In this document: in pieces, positions 7,889 to 16,799 of the stretch
Numbering within the stretch: position 1 is the first letter of the stretch
Layout: each line of letters starts with the position of its first letter
Assembly: GCA_046758745.1 (NCBI GenBank)
Contig: JBHIAV010000009.1
Span: forward strand, 1-64,000
Reading direction: 5' to 3'
From: Gemmatimonadota bacterium
Lineage (GTDB): Bacteria > Gemmatimonadota > Gemmatimonadetes > Palauibacterales > Palauibacteraceae
Length of the DNA stretch: 64,000 nt
The notes under the pieces: model-generated
What the model saw: the letters and a program-made list of their open reading frames with translations, nothing else
What the model was told of the DNA's origin: nothing
Databases searched by the model: none
Translations under genes and position numbers: made by a program

Positions 7889-9720
7889 CCGCGCTCCCTC
7901 ACCCTTCGGATTAGTCTCTGCGTCTCCGGCGATGGCTCCGTGCGGTACTCCTCGTGGAGCGTGCGTGCGAACTGCTCGTAGGCGCGAACCGCCCCTGCCC
8001 GGTCGCCGAGCCGGTCGAGGAGCTCGATCAGCCGGCGGAGGGCTCCCTCATCGAAGGGAGCGAGTTCGAACGCGCGCCGCGCCCAATGCGCCGCACCGGT
8101 CGGATTCCCTTCCTCCTCGCGGATGCGGGCCACGGCCCATGCCCCGTCCGAGGCCAGCTCGCGCAGCCGCTCACGCTCGGATTCCAGCCACCGCTCGAAC
8201 TCCGGCGCGTCGGCCAGGAAAAAACCCGGGAGGAGGTCGCCCTGGTAGAGATCCAGCGCTTCCTCGACATGGCCCGCGGCGGCCGCCCGCTCGAACGCGA
8301 TCGCGTCACACCACACCACTTCCCCGCTGAGTCCGATCTCCTCGTCCCCACGAGACACGAGCACATCGGTTCCCAGGGCGCGGCGGAGCACGTACACGGC
8401 CTGCCGAAGCGCGTGCCTCGCGTGCTCCTGGTCCAGCTCGGCCCAGAACACCCCGAGCAGCGAGTCGCGGCGCTTGAAACCGAGGTCGCCGCCGACGGCG
8501 AGATACGCCATAAGGGCGACGCGCTTCGGCTGCGCGAGGACGGACAGAAGGCGCCTGCCGTCGGGCGCGACAAGCTCGAGCGAGCCGAGGAGAAAGAGGC
8601 GTGTCCGTCCCGCCGCCCCAGCGCGACCGGCTCCGGCCGTTCGTTCTGTGACCGGGCCCAGGCGGGCCGTGCCCGACGCGCTCGGCTCCGGGGCACCGCG
8701 CGGGGCCACCTGCATGGGCACGCGGGGCGACGCGACGTCCGGCGCGCCGACGTCCGCGAGCGAGCCTTCCGCGGGTGGCGAGCCCCCGTGCTGTGGCTCG
8801 AGCGAGTCCGGCGCTTCCACGCTCCGGCCGGCGAGACGACGCACCACGTCCACTGCGCTCGGCCGGTACGCCGGATTCTTGGCGAGGCAGCGGGTGAGAA
8901 GATCTTCCAGCTCTGCGTCCGCGTCCTCTCGTATCTCCGAGAGCCGCCGCGGCTGTGAACGCAGATGGGCCGCTGCGAGGTCACGAGCGGCGGACACACC
9001 GTAGGGGCTCTCGCTGGTGAGGAGCTCGAAGCCGAGCACGCCGAGGCTGTAGATGTCCGCCCGCTCCGTGAGCTCCTCCCCCTGGAGCTGCTCGGGGCTC
9101 ACGTACCTCATGTCGGCGATCACGTGGCCCGCCGTCGTCACACGGCGTGGTTCGTCCTCGCCGCTCGCCAGGATCGCCGCTATTCCGAAGTCCGTGAGGT
9201 AGACCTGACCGGTCTCCTCCTCGTAAAGGACGTTCGACGGTTTCACATCCCTGTGCACGATCCGTCTTCGGTGGGCGGCGGCGAGCGCGTCGGCCACATC
9301 GGCCAGGATGCTCTTGACCTCGCGTTGCTCGAGCCTCCCCTCGGCCCGCAAACGGTCGGCCAGGCTTCGCCCTTTCACGTACTGCATGACGAGGTAGGGG
9401 ATTCCGTCCGACAGGGTCCCGACCTGGTGGATCGTCACTACGTTCCGGTGCACGATTCCGGCGGCCGCCTGCGCTTCGCGCTCGAAACGGAAGCGAGCCT
9501 TCGGGTTCTGGGCGATGAGGGGGGAGAGAACCTTTATCGCGACGAGCCGCTTGAGGGCAGGATCGCGGGCCAGGTACACGAGAGAGGTAGAGCTCCGCCC
9601 GAGCCGTCGGAGCAGATGCAGGCCGGGGGCGACCTCTTCTTTCAGCCTGGCATCCAGCTCCGGGCCGACCTTCCCGGTTCCGCTACCGCTCGGCCCTTCC
9701 GGCGGATTCGGGTTCTCCAT
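7885..9720 (-). CDS. Ser/Thr protein kinase fused to a SARP-type DNA-binding domain and BTAD
   Basis: N-terminal VAIK, HRDVKPSN, DFG and YVSPEQ; C-terminal LFLLGSLEL...QPKRVALMAYL...ALRQAVYVLRR...LDLYQGDLLPGF...FERWLESERERL...EPSPET. Confidence 0.85.
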   Translation of the reverse strand: MENPNPPEGPSGSGTGKVGPELDARLKEEVAPGLHLLRRLGRSSTSLVYLARDPALKRLVAIKVLSPLIAQNPKARFRFEREAQAAAGIVHRNVVTIHQVGTLSDGIPYLVMQYVKGRSLADRLRAEGRLEQREVKSILADVADALAAAHRRRIVHRDVKPSNVLYEEETGQVYLTDFGIAAILASGEDEPRRVTTAGHVIADMRYVSPEQLQGEELTERADIYSLGVLGFELLTSESPYGVSAARDLAAAHLRSQPRRLSEIREDADAELEDLLTRCLAKNPAYRPSAVDVVRRLAGRSVEAPDSLEPQHGGSPPAEGSLADVGAPDVASPRVPMQVAPRGAPEPSASGTARLGPVTERTAGAGRAGAAGRTRLFLLGSLELVAPDGRRLLSVLAQPKRVALMAYLAVGGDLGFKRRDSLLGVFWAELDQEHARHALRQAVYVLRRALGTDVLVSRGDEEIGLSGEVVWCDAIAFERAAAAGHVEEALDLYQGDLLPGFFLADAPEFERWLESERERLRELASDGAWAVARIREEEGNPTGAAHWARRAFELAPFDEGALRRLIELLDRLGDRAGAVRAYEQFARTLHEEYRTEPSPETQRLIRRVRERG

Positions 9721-10063
9721 CCGCTGTTCCCCGTGCGTTTCGTGGCCTCGCGACTCCCTTCGACCGGTGTCTCCCCGACACCAGCAACGCCGGGAGGCGA
9801 ACCGACCCTGCGAACGCTGAGCCTCAGATCTTGCTCACTCTCGCGATGGCCAGGGGAACGTTGGGGCTCAGCCGCGTCGCCGGAGGACCGAGGAGACGGC
9901 GGCCGTGCAGCCCAGAAGATACGGGCCAGCGCTCTTGAAAAGAAGGGTCGAGGTCCCACGGAGCGGAAGCGGAAGTGGAGTCCGTCGGCGCGCGCCACGC
10001 CGGGAGGCGAGCGCTTTGGCAGGATGCCCGATGGTAGGACGGCCGAGGGCGCCGTGTGGAGCC

Positions 10064-11146
10064 TCATCGAGCGGGTAGACGTGCCCGGCCGATCGTGTTC
10101 GCATCCGTCCCGAACCAGATCACCCGCGAGGGAGGGTGGAAGTACAGCTGCCGCACCGTGCCGCCCCCGCTCGGGATCTCCGTGACGCTGAAGAACTCGC
10201 GCGCCCGCGTGTCGAACCCCACCAGCCGGTTCGGCCTCGGGCCCGACTCGACGAACCACACCCGGTCCCGGTCGTCGACCGTCATCCCGTACGGTCCCGC
10301 CCCGGCACCTCCGGGCGCGGACCACTCTCGAATCTCTCCCGAAACCGGATCCAGTCGCCCCAGGTAGCCCCCGGCGTAGTCCACATACCACACGCGCCCG
10401 TCCGACGTCAGAGCGAGCCGACGGGGACGGCTCTCCCCCCGCGGCAGTTCGACCTCCGTGATCTCCATGGTCACCGGGTCTACCGTACCGAGCTTGTTCG
10501 TCCCGAACTCCGTGAACCACGGACGGCCGGTCGCGTCGACCACGATGCCATAGGGGCGCGAGCGCGGCGTCGGCATGGGCACCAGCCGGACCTTCCCCGT
10601 CGCCACTTCCAGCTTCCCCACGAAGTTCCCGCCCTGCACGGTGAACCAGATGTCGCCGGCTGCGTCGAAGACGAGCGTGTGCGGGTCGCGCGCCGCCGGG
10701 TCCGGCATCTCGTACCGCCGTATCTCACCGCTCTCGGGGTCCAGGCGCCCGATGTGGGCGGCGCGATTCCCCGCGTACCACACGACGCCCTCGCGATCGA
10801 CGATCAGGTTGTGGGGCCCGGTTCCCGGCGCCAGGTCATAGCGTCGGAAGTCGCCCGTCACCGGGTCCAGGTACGCCGCGTAATCCCCCGTCTGCCCCAC
10901 GAACCACACGCGGCCGCGGGCGTCTACGTAGGGATCGCGCGGGCGGCTGCGCGGCCACGGTACGGGCCACTCGTCGATCCGGACGGTGTCGGCGAGAGCC
11001 TTTGGCCTGCCGGCTTCCCACACGTCGCCGACCGAGGTCGCCGCCGGTCGGACGCCCGGGAAAGTGGGGACGGCGGCCGGGATCCGGCCTCCGGAGAGCG
11101 AGGCGGCGGCGAGACCGGCCCACGCGAAGACGCGGCGCGGCTTCAC
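10064..11146 (-). CDS. exported virginiamycin B lyase (Vgb)-like beta-propeller protein
   Basis: Repeated PxxxxxDxxGxxWF blades (SRPRDP, TGPHNL, RDPHTL, SRPYGI); GTG start after GGAG; signal-peptide-like N-terminus. Confidence 0.8.
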   Translation of the reverse strand: MKPRRVFAWAGLAAASLSGGRIPAAVPTFPGVRPAATSVGDVWEAGRPKALADTVRIDEWPVPWPRSRPRDPYVDARGRVWFVGQTGDYAAYLDPVTGDFRRYDLAPGTGPHNLIVDREGVVWYAGNRAAHIGRLDPESGEIRRYEMPDPAARDPHTLVFDAAGDIWFTVQGGNFVGKLEVATGKVRLVPMPTPRSRPYGIVVDATGRPWFTEFGTNKLGTVDPVTMEITEVELPRGESRPRRLALTSDGRVWYVDYAGGYLGRLDPVSGEIREWSAPGGAGAGPYGMTVDDRDRVWFVESGPRPNRLVGFDTRAREFFSVTEIPSGGGTVRQLYFHPPSRVIWFGTDANTIGRARLPAR

Positions 11147-11319
11147 GCACCATCTCCTGGCCACGGGAGAGTCGCGATCACAAGTCGGGGGAACGGCCCG
11201 CCGAAGCTGACCCGTGGCGACAACCCGCGCGGGCCAAGGGAGCCCGATGCGCGACGAATCCGTTCGCACCGACGAGTTCGCCCTCGGCCTCTTCCGGGAG
11301 ACGCGCCCGGCCCTCCCCG

Positions 11320-12936
11320 CTAGAAGGGTGCGCGCTCCAGGACCTGACGCACCGTTTCCCAGTCCGTCCACCGGGGGGGCTCCGGGTCGTTCGCCACGGC
11401 GTGTCCGAGCAGGAACACGAGCCGGGCCACCCGTGCCGCCTTGTCGGCGTCGATCCGCTCGACCTCGTCGGATGGCCTGTGGTAGTCGTCGTGGAGCCAG
11501 CTCGTGATGAAGATCGCCGGGATCTCCCTGCGCACGAAGCTCACGTGATCGCTCCGAAAGAACGCGTGCTCCGAGGGATCGGGGTCGGCGGCCACGGCCA
11601 GGCCGAGCTCCGGGTGCTCGACCGCGATCCGTCGGGCCAGCGGCCCGAGCGAGCTGTACTCCTCGCCGACTGCGATCACGGTGTCGGGAGCGTTCCGGCC
11701 GATCATGTCCACGTTGATGTTCGCGACGACGCGCTCGATCGGCACGGTGGGATTCGACACGAAGTGGCGCGACCCGAGGAGTCCCTTCTCTTCCCCACTC
11801 ACGGCCAGGAAGAGGATGGAGCGGGCCGGCCTTTCGCGAAGGGAAGCGAACGCCTCGGCCACCTCTAGGAGGAGGGACGTGCCGGAGGCGTCGTCGTCGG
11901 CCCCGTTGTAGATGGAGTCTCCGCTCGCATCGGGGCTTCCCACACCGACGTGGTCGAAATGGGCGGAGAAGATCAGGTACGTGTCCCGAAGGTCCGGATC
12001 CCGGCCCGGGAGCAGGGCGACGACGTTCGGCGGGGTGTGGGTTTCGCGCGTGAGGCCCATGCGCAAGGTCAGCCCGACGCCCTCGAGCGGCAGCGGAGCC
12101 GCTTCGGATCCGGCTTCGCGCTCCTCGCCCTCGAGCTGCCCGAGGTCCAGGCTGGCTGCCTCGAAGAGCTCCCCCGCCTTCTCCCGGCGAAGCCCGAAGA
12201 CGGGGATCGGCATCCGTGGGAAGCCTTCCAGCTGCCCGGCGATTTGCGCCAGAATCTCCGGAGTGATCGCGGGATGCAGGATGAGGACGAGACCGATCGC
12301 TCCGGCCGCGCTGGCGTTGCGGGCGGCGGTCAACAGCTCCAACCCGATATTGGGCGGCGAGGAGACGACGAGGATCCTGCCCGCTGCGTCCTCCGGAACT
12401 TCCGCAGCCGCGGCAGAGAGAGGGCCGAGGAAGAGCGCCTCGCCGGAGGCCGACTCCACCTCCGCGGGGAGCACGAAGTAGTCGCTCGCGTACCCCCAGA
12501 CCGCTCCGCCATCCGGCCCGTCGTACGCCATCCGCATCTCCGACGGTGCGAAGGAGGCCTGCTCGTAGGGGAAGCGCTGCACATAGGACCCTGCGTCTCC
12601 GGCCGGCTCCAGATGGATGGCCGCGAACTCGGCTGCCAGGTACTCGGCCGCTGCTTCGAGTCCCGGGCTCGGCGTATCCCGGCCGCGCAGCTCGTCGCTT
12701 GCGAGGTAGGCGATATGGTCGCGCATCTCCTCGGCGGTGATCGTCGCTGCGGCGGCTTCCGCGGAGCCGGCGGCCGGGCCCTCGGGGACCGGTGCGCCGG
12801 CCTCGGGCGCCGCGCCGGCGGAGGCGCAGCTCCAGAACGCAAGCGAGATGAGCAGGACCGCGAAGGCGCGGATGGCGATCCTGGGTGGAGGAAGCCCGAG
12901 CAACTCGGCGAGATCGCGCGGAGGGAAACCGGTCAC
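11320..12936 (-). CDS. M28 family metallopeptidase (lipoprotein-like, PA-type insert)
   Basis: LASDELRGR, FSAHFDHVG, NGADDDASG, GEEKGLLGS, NVDMIGR, RSDH and DYHRPSDE. Confidence 0.92.
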   Translation of the reverse strand: MTGFPPRDLAELLGLPPPRIAIRAFAVLLISLAFWSCASAGAAPEAGAPVPEGPAAGSAEAAAATITAEEMRDHIAYLASDELRGRDTPSPGLEAAAEYLAAEFAAIHLEPAGDAGSYVQRFPYEQASFAPSEMRMAYDGPDGGAVWGYASDYFVLPAEVESASGEALFLGPLSAAAAEVPEDAAGRILVVSSPPNIGLELLTAARNASAAGAIGLVLILHPAITPEILAQIAGQLEGFPRMPIPVFGLRREKAGELFEAASLDLGQLEGEEREAGSEAAPLPLEGVGLTLRMGLTRETHTPPNVVALLPGRDPDLRDTYLIFSAHFDHVGVGSPDASGDSIYNGADDDASGTSLLLEVAEAFASLRERPARSILFLAVSGEEKGLLGSRHFVSNPTVPIERVVANINVDMIGRNAPDTVIAVGEEYSSLGPLARRIAVEHPELGLAVAADPDPSEHAFFRSDHVSFVRREIPAIFITSWLHDDYHRPSDEVERIDADKAARVARLVFLLGHAVANDPEPPRWTDWETVRQVLERAPF

Positions 12937-12999
12937 GCCACGGCCCACTCCCGTCGCGGCGATCGGGGCGTTCTCCTCCGGCCGACCGGCCTTCCCATG

Positions 13000-13875
13000 C
13001 TACCCGCTCGCCGCCTTGCGGGGTCGCGATGCCTTCTTGGGCGATGAGGCGCGCTTGGCGGCTTTTCGCGCCTTCTTCTTGCCGCTCGCGGCTTCCGCTC
13101 CCTGTTTGGCGGCGAGGCTGGCCTTGAGGGCTTCCATGAGGTCGATGATCTTCGTCTCGGCCGGGGCCGCGGGTGCGAGCGTGATCTCTTCCCCTTCGAC
13201 CTTCTTTTCGATCAGGGCGACGACGCGCTTGTACACCTCGTCCTCGTACTTCTCCGGCCGATACCGGTCGGTCGCCGCCTGTTTCACGAGCTGCACGGCG
13301 AGCTTGAGCTCCTCCTTGCTCACCTCGCCGTCCCCGACCGGCACCTCGGAAAAGGAGCGCACCTCATCCGGATAATGCAGCTGCTCCATCATGAGACCGT
13401 GCTCGATCGGACGGACCAGCACCAGGTACGACTTCCCCCGGGCCGCGTACCGGCCGAGCGCGGCCCGGCTGGTTTCGCGCAGCGCGGCGCTCAGGAGCCG
13501 ATATGCCCGTTCGCCGCCCTTGTCGGGTCCGAGGTAGTAGGCCCTGTCGAGAAAGATCCGCTCGACCTCGTCCATCGGGACGAATTCGGCGATGTCGATG
13601 CTGTTCGTCGCCTGTGCGTCGAGCGCCTTGACCTCGTCCGGTGTGAAGAGGACGTACCGGTCCTTGGCGAACTCGTATCCCTTGACCAGGTCGTCGCGCT
13701 CCACCAGCTCGTCGTGCTTCGGGCAGTAGTACTTTTGTCGCACCCGGGAGCCGCACGGCTCGTGAATCCAGTTGAAGCTGATGTGTCGCGAGGTCTCGGC
13801 CGTGGCGTACAGTTTGACCGGGACGGAGACGAGGCCGAATGATACGGTGGCCGTTCCGATAGGACGCGCGCTCAT
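13000..13875 (-). CDS. ku: NHEJ DNA end-binding protein Ku
   Basis: SFGLVSVPVKLY, LVKGYE, AYRLLSAAL, YEDEV and IDLMEALKASL, with a basic C-terminal tail. Confidence 0.95.
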   Translation of the reverse strand: MSARPIGTATVSFGLVSVPVKLYATAETSRHISFNWIHEPCGSRVRQKYYCPKHDELVERDDLVKGYEFAKDRYVLFTPDEVKALDAQATNSIDIAEFVPMDEVERIFLDRAYYLGPDKGGERAYRLLSAALRETSRAALGRYAARGKSYLVLVRPIEHGLMMEQLHYPDEVRSFSEVPVGDGEVSKEELKLAVQLVKQAATDRYRPEKYEDEVYKRVVALIEKKVEGEEITLAPAAPAETKIIDLMEALKASLAAKQGAEAASGKKKARKAAKRASSPKKASRPRKAASG

Positions 13876-14002
13876 CTCGGCTCTCCCTCTGGGATGCAGG
13901 CTCCGCCGCAGCCCGAGCGGTGATCGGCCGCCACTCCGTCCGTGCGGGCGTGTGACGCGGGCTGCCGGTGGGCCGCGACGGACGGAAATGTAAGCGAAAG
14001 TC

Positions 14003-16597
14003 GTGCCGAAACGCGATCCCCTCTCCGAGTACCGTGCCAAGCGCTCGGGCGAACGGACTCCCGAGCCGACGCTCGGGGCCCCGCCCGGGGCGCGAACGCC
14101 TCGCGCGTCGGGGACCGGCGCAGGCGTGTTCGTGATCCACAAGCACGCGGCCCGCCGGCTCCACTACGACCTGCGGCTCGAGATGCGCGGCGTGCTGGCC
14201 TCGTGGGCCGTCCCCAAGGGCCCGGCTCTGGATCCGAAGGAGAAGCGCCTCGCCGTGCACGTAGAAGATCACCCGCTCGAATACGCCGAGTTCGAGGGGG
14301 TGATCCCGAAGGGCAGCTACGGGGCGGGTGGAATCATCATATGGGACCGGGGCGTCTGGGTGCCTCTCGTCGACCCCATGGAAGGGATGGAGAAGGGGAA
14401 GCTTCTCCTCGAGCTCCGGGGCTTCAAGCTTCGCGGCGTGTGGACCCTGGTGAAGCTGGCGAAGAGCGAGAAGGAGTGGCTGCTCATCCGCGAGAGAAGG
14501 CACATGGCGCGCGAGGAGTCGGCGTCGCCCGGTCGACTCGAGGACCTCCCGGAGGAATCCATCCTCTCCGGCCTCACGGTAGAGGAGCTCGCCGCCGGGC
14601 ACGACCCTGGGCCTCGTCTCCTCGCCCGACTCGAGGAGGTCGGCGCGACTCGGCGGCGCGTGCGCCCGGAGCGGGTGAAGCTCATGTTGGCCGAGTCGCG
14701 CGAGCGCCCGTTCTCGAGACCCGGCTGGCTCTTCGAGCTGAAGTTCGACGGCTACCGCATGCTCGGCGCCGCGTCCGACGATGCTGCCTGCCTCATCACC
14801 CGGAACGGGAACGATGCGACCCCCACCTTCCCGCGGCTCGCCGCGGCGTTGGCGGCGTTGCCCGTGTCCGACGTGGTGCTGGATGGCGAGGTGGTGATGC
14901 ATGACGAGGAGGGGCTCCCGAGCTTCCAGCGGCTCCAGCAGCGGGCGCGCCTGAACCGGGCGGTCGAGATCGAGCGCGCGGCGCTCCTACAGCCGGCCGT
15001 GTTCTACGCCTTCGACCTCCTGAGCCTCCTCGGCCACGATCTGCGGTCCCTTCCCCTGTCCGAGCGGAAGGCCCTCCTGCGCGAGGTACTCCCCCCGGTG
15101 GGTCCGATACGCTACGTGGAACACTTCGCGGAGCGGGGCGAGGAGCTCTTCGCGCGCGTCCGCGCCATGGGGCTGGAGGGAGTGGTGGGGAAGAAGGCCG
15201 ACAGCCCGTACCGAGGCCGGCGCTCGAGCCACTGGCTCAAGGTTCGCGCGGACCGGACGGACGATTTCGTGGTCGTCGGCTACACCGCCCCGAAGGGCTC
15301 GCGGGCGGGTTTCGGCGCCCTGCACCTGGCGGCATACGGGGAAGGCGAGCTGATGTACGCGGGGAGAGCCGGGAGCGGGTTCGCTGCCAGCGAGCTGGGG
15401 CCCGTACGCAGCGAGCTCGCTCGTCTCGCCCGCCGGACGCCCCCGTGCACGGGCAATATCCCCGGGGGGAAGGGACACTGCTGGGTGGAGCCCGTGCGTG
15501 TGTGCGAGGTGCGATACCTCGAGTGGACGGAGGAGGGGCTCCTTCGACAGCCCGTGTTCGTGCGCTTCCGCGACGACAAGCGTCCCGAGGAGTGTGCCTT
15601 CCCGGCCGGGGCGGGTCGGTCGGCTGCCGAGACGGAGCTCGAGGAGGCCCTCGACCCCGAGCTAGGCTCTCGCCGGCCCGGCCGGCGGCGCGACGGCGAC
15701 GCCCATGCGCCTATCGCGCTCACCAATCCGGACAAGGTCTTCTGGCCGGCGACGGGATACACGAAGCGGGACCTCTTCGACTACTACCGCTCCATCGCTC
15801 CCTACCTGCTCCCCTATCTGCACGACCGGCCCCTGGTCCTGACCCGCTACCCGGACGGGATCGAGGGCAAGTCCTTCTATCAGAAGAACGCACCCCCCTT
15901 CACCCGCGATTGGGTGCGCACCGTTCGGATCGAGAGCCGGAGCTCCGAGAAGGAGATCGAGTACTTCGTGTGCGACGACGAGACGTCCCTGCTCTACCTG
16001 GTGAACCTCGGCACCATCCCCCTGCATATATGGGCGAGCCGCATCGGGACGGTCGATCGGCCCGACTGGTGCGTCCTCGACCTGGATCCCAAGGGAGCGC
16101 CTTTCGCGAATGTGGTGGAGATTGCGAAGTACATCCGTCTGCTATGTAACGGCATAAGGCTACCGGCATTCGTCAAGACGAGCGGCTCGTCCGGGCTGCA
16201 CATCCTCATCCCGCTCGGCCGCCAGGTCGACTATGAGCAGTCCCGCGCGCTCGGCGAGCTCCTCGCCCGGGTGACGGTGGCGGACCTTCCGGAGATCGCG
16301 ACGATCGAGCGGGGGCTCGACGCCCGCGGGGGGAGGGTCTACGTGGACTATCTGCAGAACCGCCGGGGCCAGCTCCTCGTCGCCCCCTTCAGCGTGCGGC
16401 CCAACCCCGGGGCACCCGTCTCGATGCCGCTTCGCTGGCGGGAGGTGAACGCGAGGCTCGACAACGCCAACCACACGATCCGCACGGCCCACCGCCGGAT
16501 GTCGCGGATGAAGGAGGACCCTATGGTCGAGCTCCTCCGAGTGAAGCCCGACCTCCCGGCCGTGCTGGGGCGGCTCCAGGGCCGCCTCCAAGTCTGA
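14003..16597 (+). CDS. ligD: NHEJ DNA ligase D (phosphoesterase-ligase-polymerase)
   Basis: PE domain HAARRLHYDLRLE; ligase ELKFDGYR and EGVVGK; polymerase TNPDKVFWP, DLDP, KTSGSSGLH and YVDYLQN. Confidence 0.95.
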   Translation: MPKRDPLSEYRAKRSGERTPEPTLGAPPGARTPRASGTGAGVFVIHKHAARRLHYDLRLEMRGVLASWAVPKGPALDPKEKRLAVHVEDHPLEYAEFEGVIPKGSYGAGGIIIWDRGVWVPLVDPMEGMEKGKLLLELRGFKLRGVWTLVKLAKSEKEWLLIRERRHMAREESASPGRLEDLPEESILSGLTVEELAAGHDPGPRLLARLEEVGATRRRVRPERVKLMLAESRERPFSRPGWLFELKFDGYRMLGAASDDAACLITRNGNDATPTFPRLAAALAALPVSDVVLDGEVVMHDEEGLPSFQRLQQRARLNRAVEIERAALLQPAVFYAFDLLSLLGHDLRSLPLSERKALLREVLPPVGPIRYVEHFAERGEELFARVRAMGLEGVVGKKADSPYRGRRSSHWLKVRADRTDDFVVVGYTAPKGSRAGFGALHLAAYGEGELMYAGRAGSGFAASELGPVRSELARLARRTPPCTGNIPGGKGHCWVEPVRVCEVRYLEWTEEGLLRQPVFVRFRDDKRPEECAFPAGAGRSAAETELEEALDPELGSRRPGRRRDGDAHAPIALTNPDKVFWPATGYTKRDLFDYYRSIAPYLLPYLHDRPLVLTRYPDGIEGKSFYQKNAPPFTRDWVRTVRIESRSSEKEIEYFVCDDETSLLYLVNLGTIPLHIWASRIGTVDRPDWCVLDLDPKGAPFANVVEIAKYIRLLCNGIRLPAFVKTSGSSGLHILIPLGRQVDYEQSRALGELLARVTVADLPEIATIERGLDARGGRVYVDYLQNRRGQLLVAPFSVRPNPGAPVSMPLRWREVNARLDNANHTIRTAHRRMSRMKEDPMVELLRVKPDLPAVLGRLQGRLQV

Positions 16598-16799
16598 GCG
16601 CGAAGGCGGCCGCCGGTCCGAGGGCGAAAGCGACCGCCTGCGAGCGGTTGTCCGTTCACGTGACGGTCGCGTGACGGATGGCCGTCTCCTGCACGCAGAG
16701 GAACGAATCCAGATCCGACCGGCCCCGCCGAGCGGCCGGCTTTTGCTGCTCCGCCTGGCCCCGGCTAGCTTGTTGCGCCACCTCATCGGAGGGGGGACG

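Noticed and set aside
10064-11146. Streptogramin resistance gene (vgb)
   Set aside because: The Vgb-like propeller family is widespread; the signal-peptide-like N-terminus and chromosomal context do not support a resistance call.
13000-16597. Divergent ku-ligD pair as a novel system
   Set aside because: Standard bacterial NHEJ with a known PE-LIG-POL domain order.
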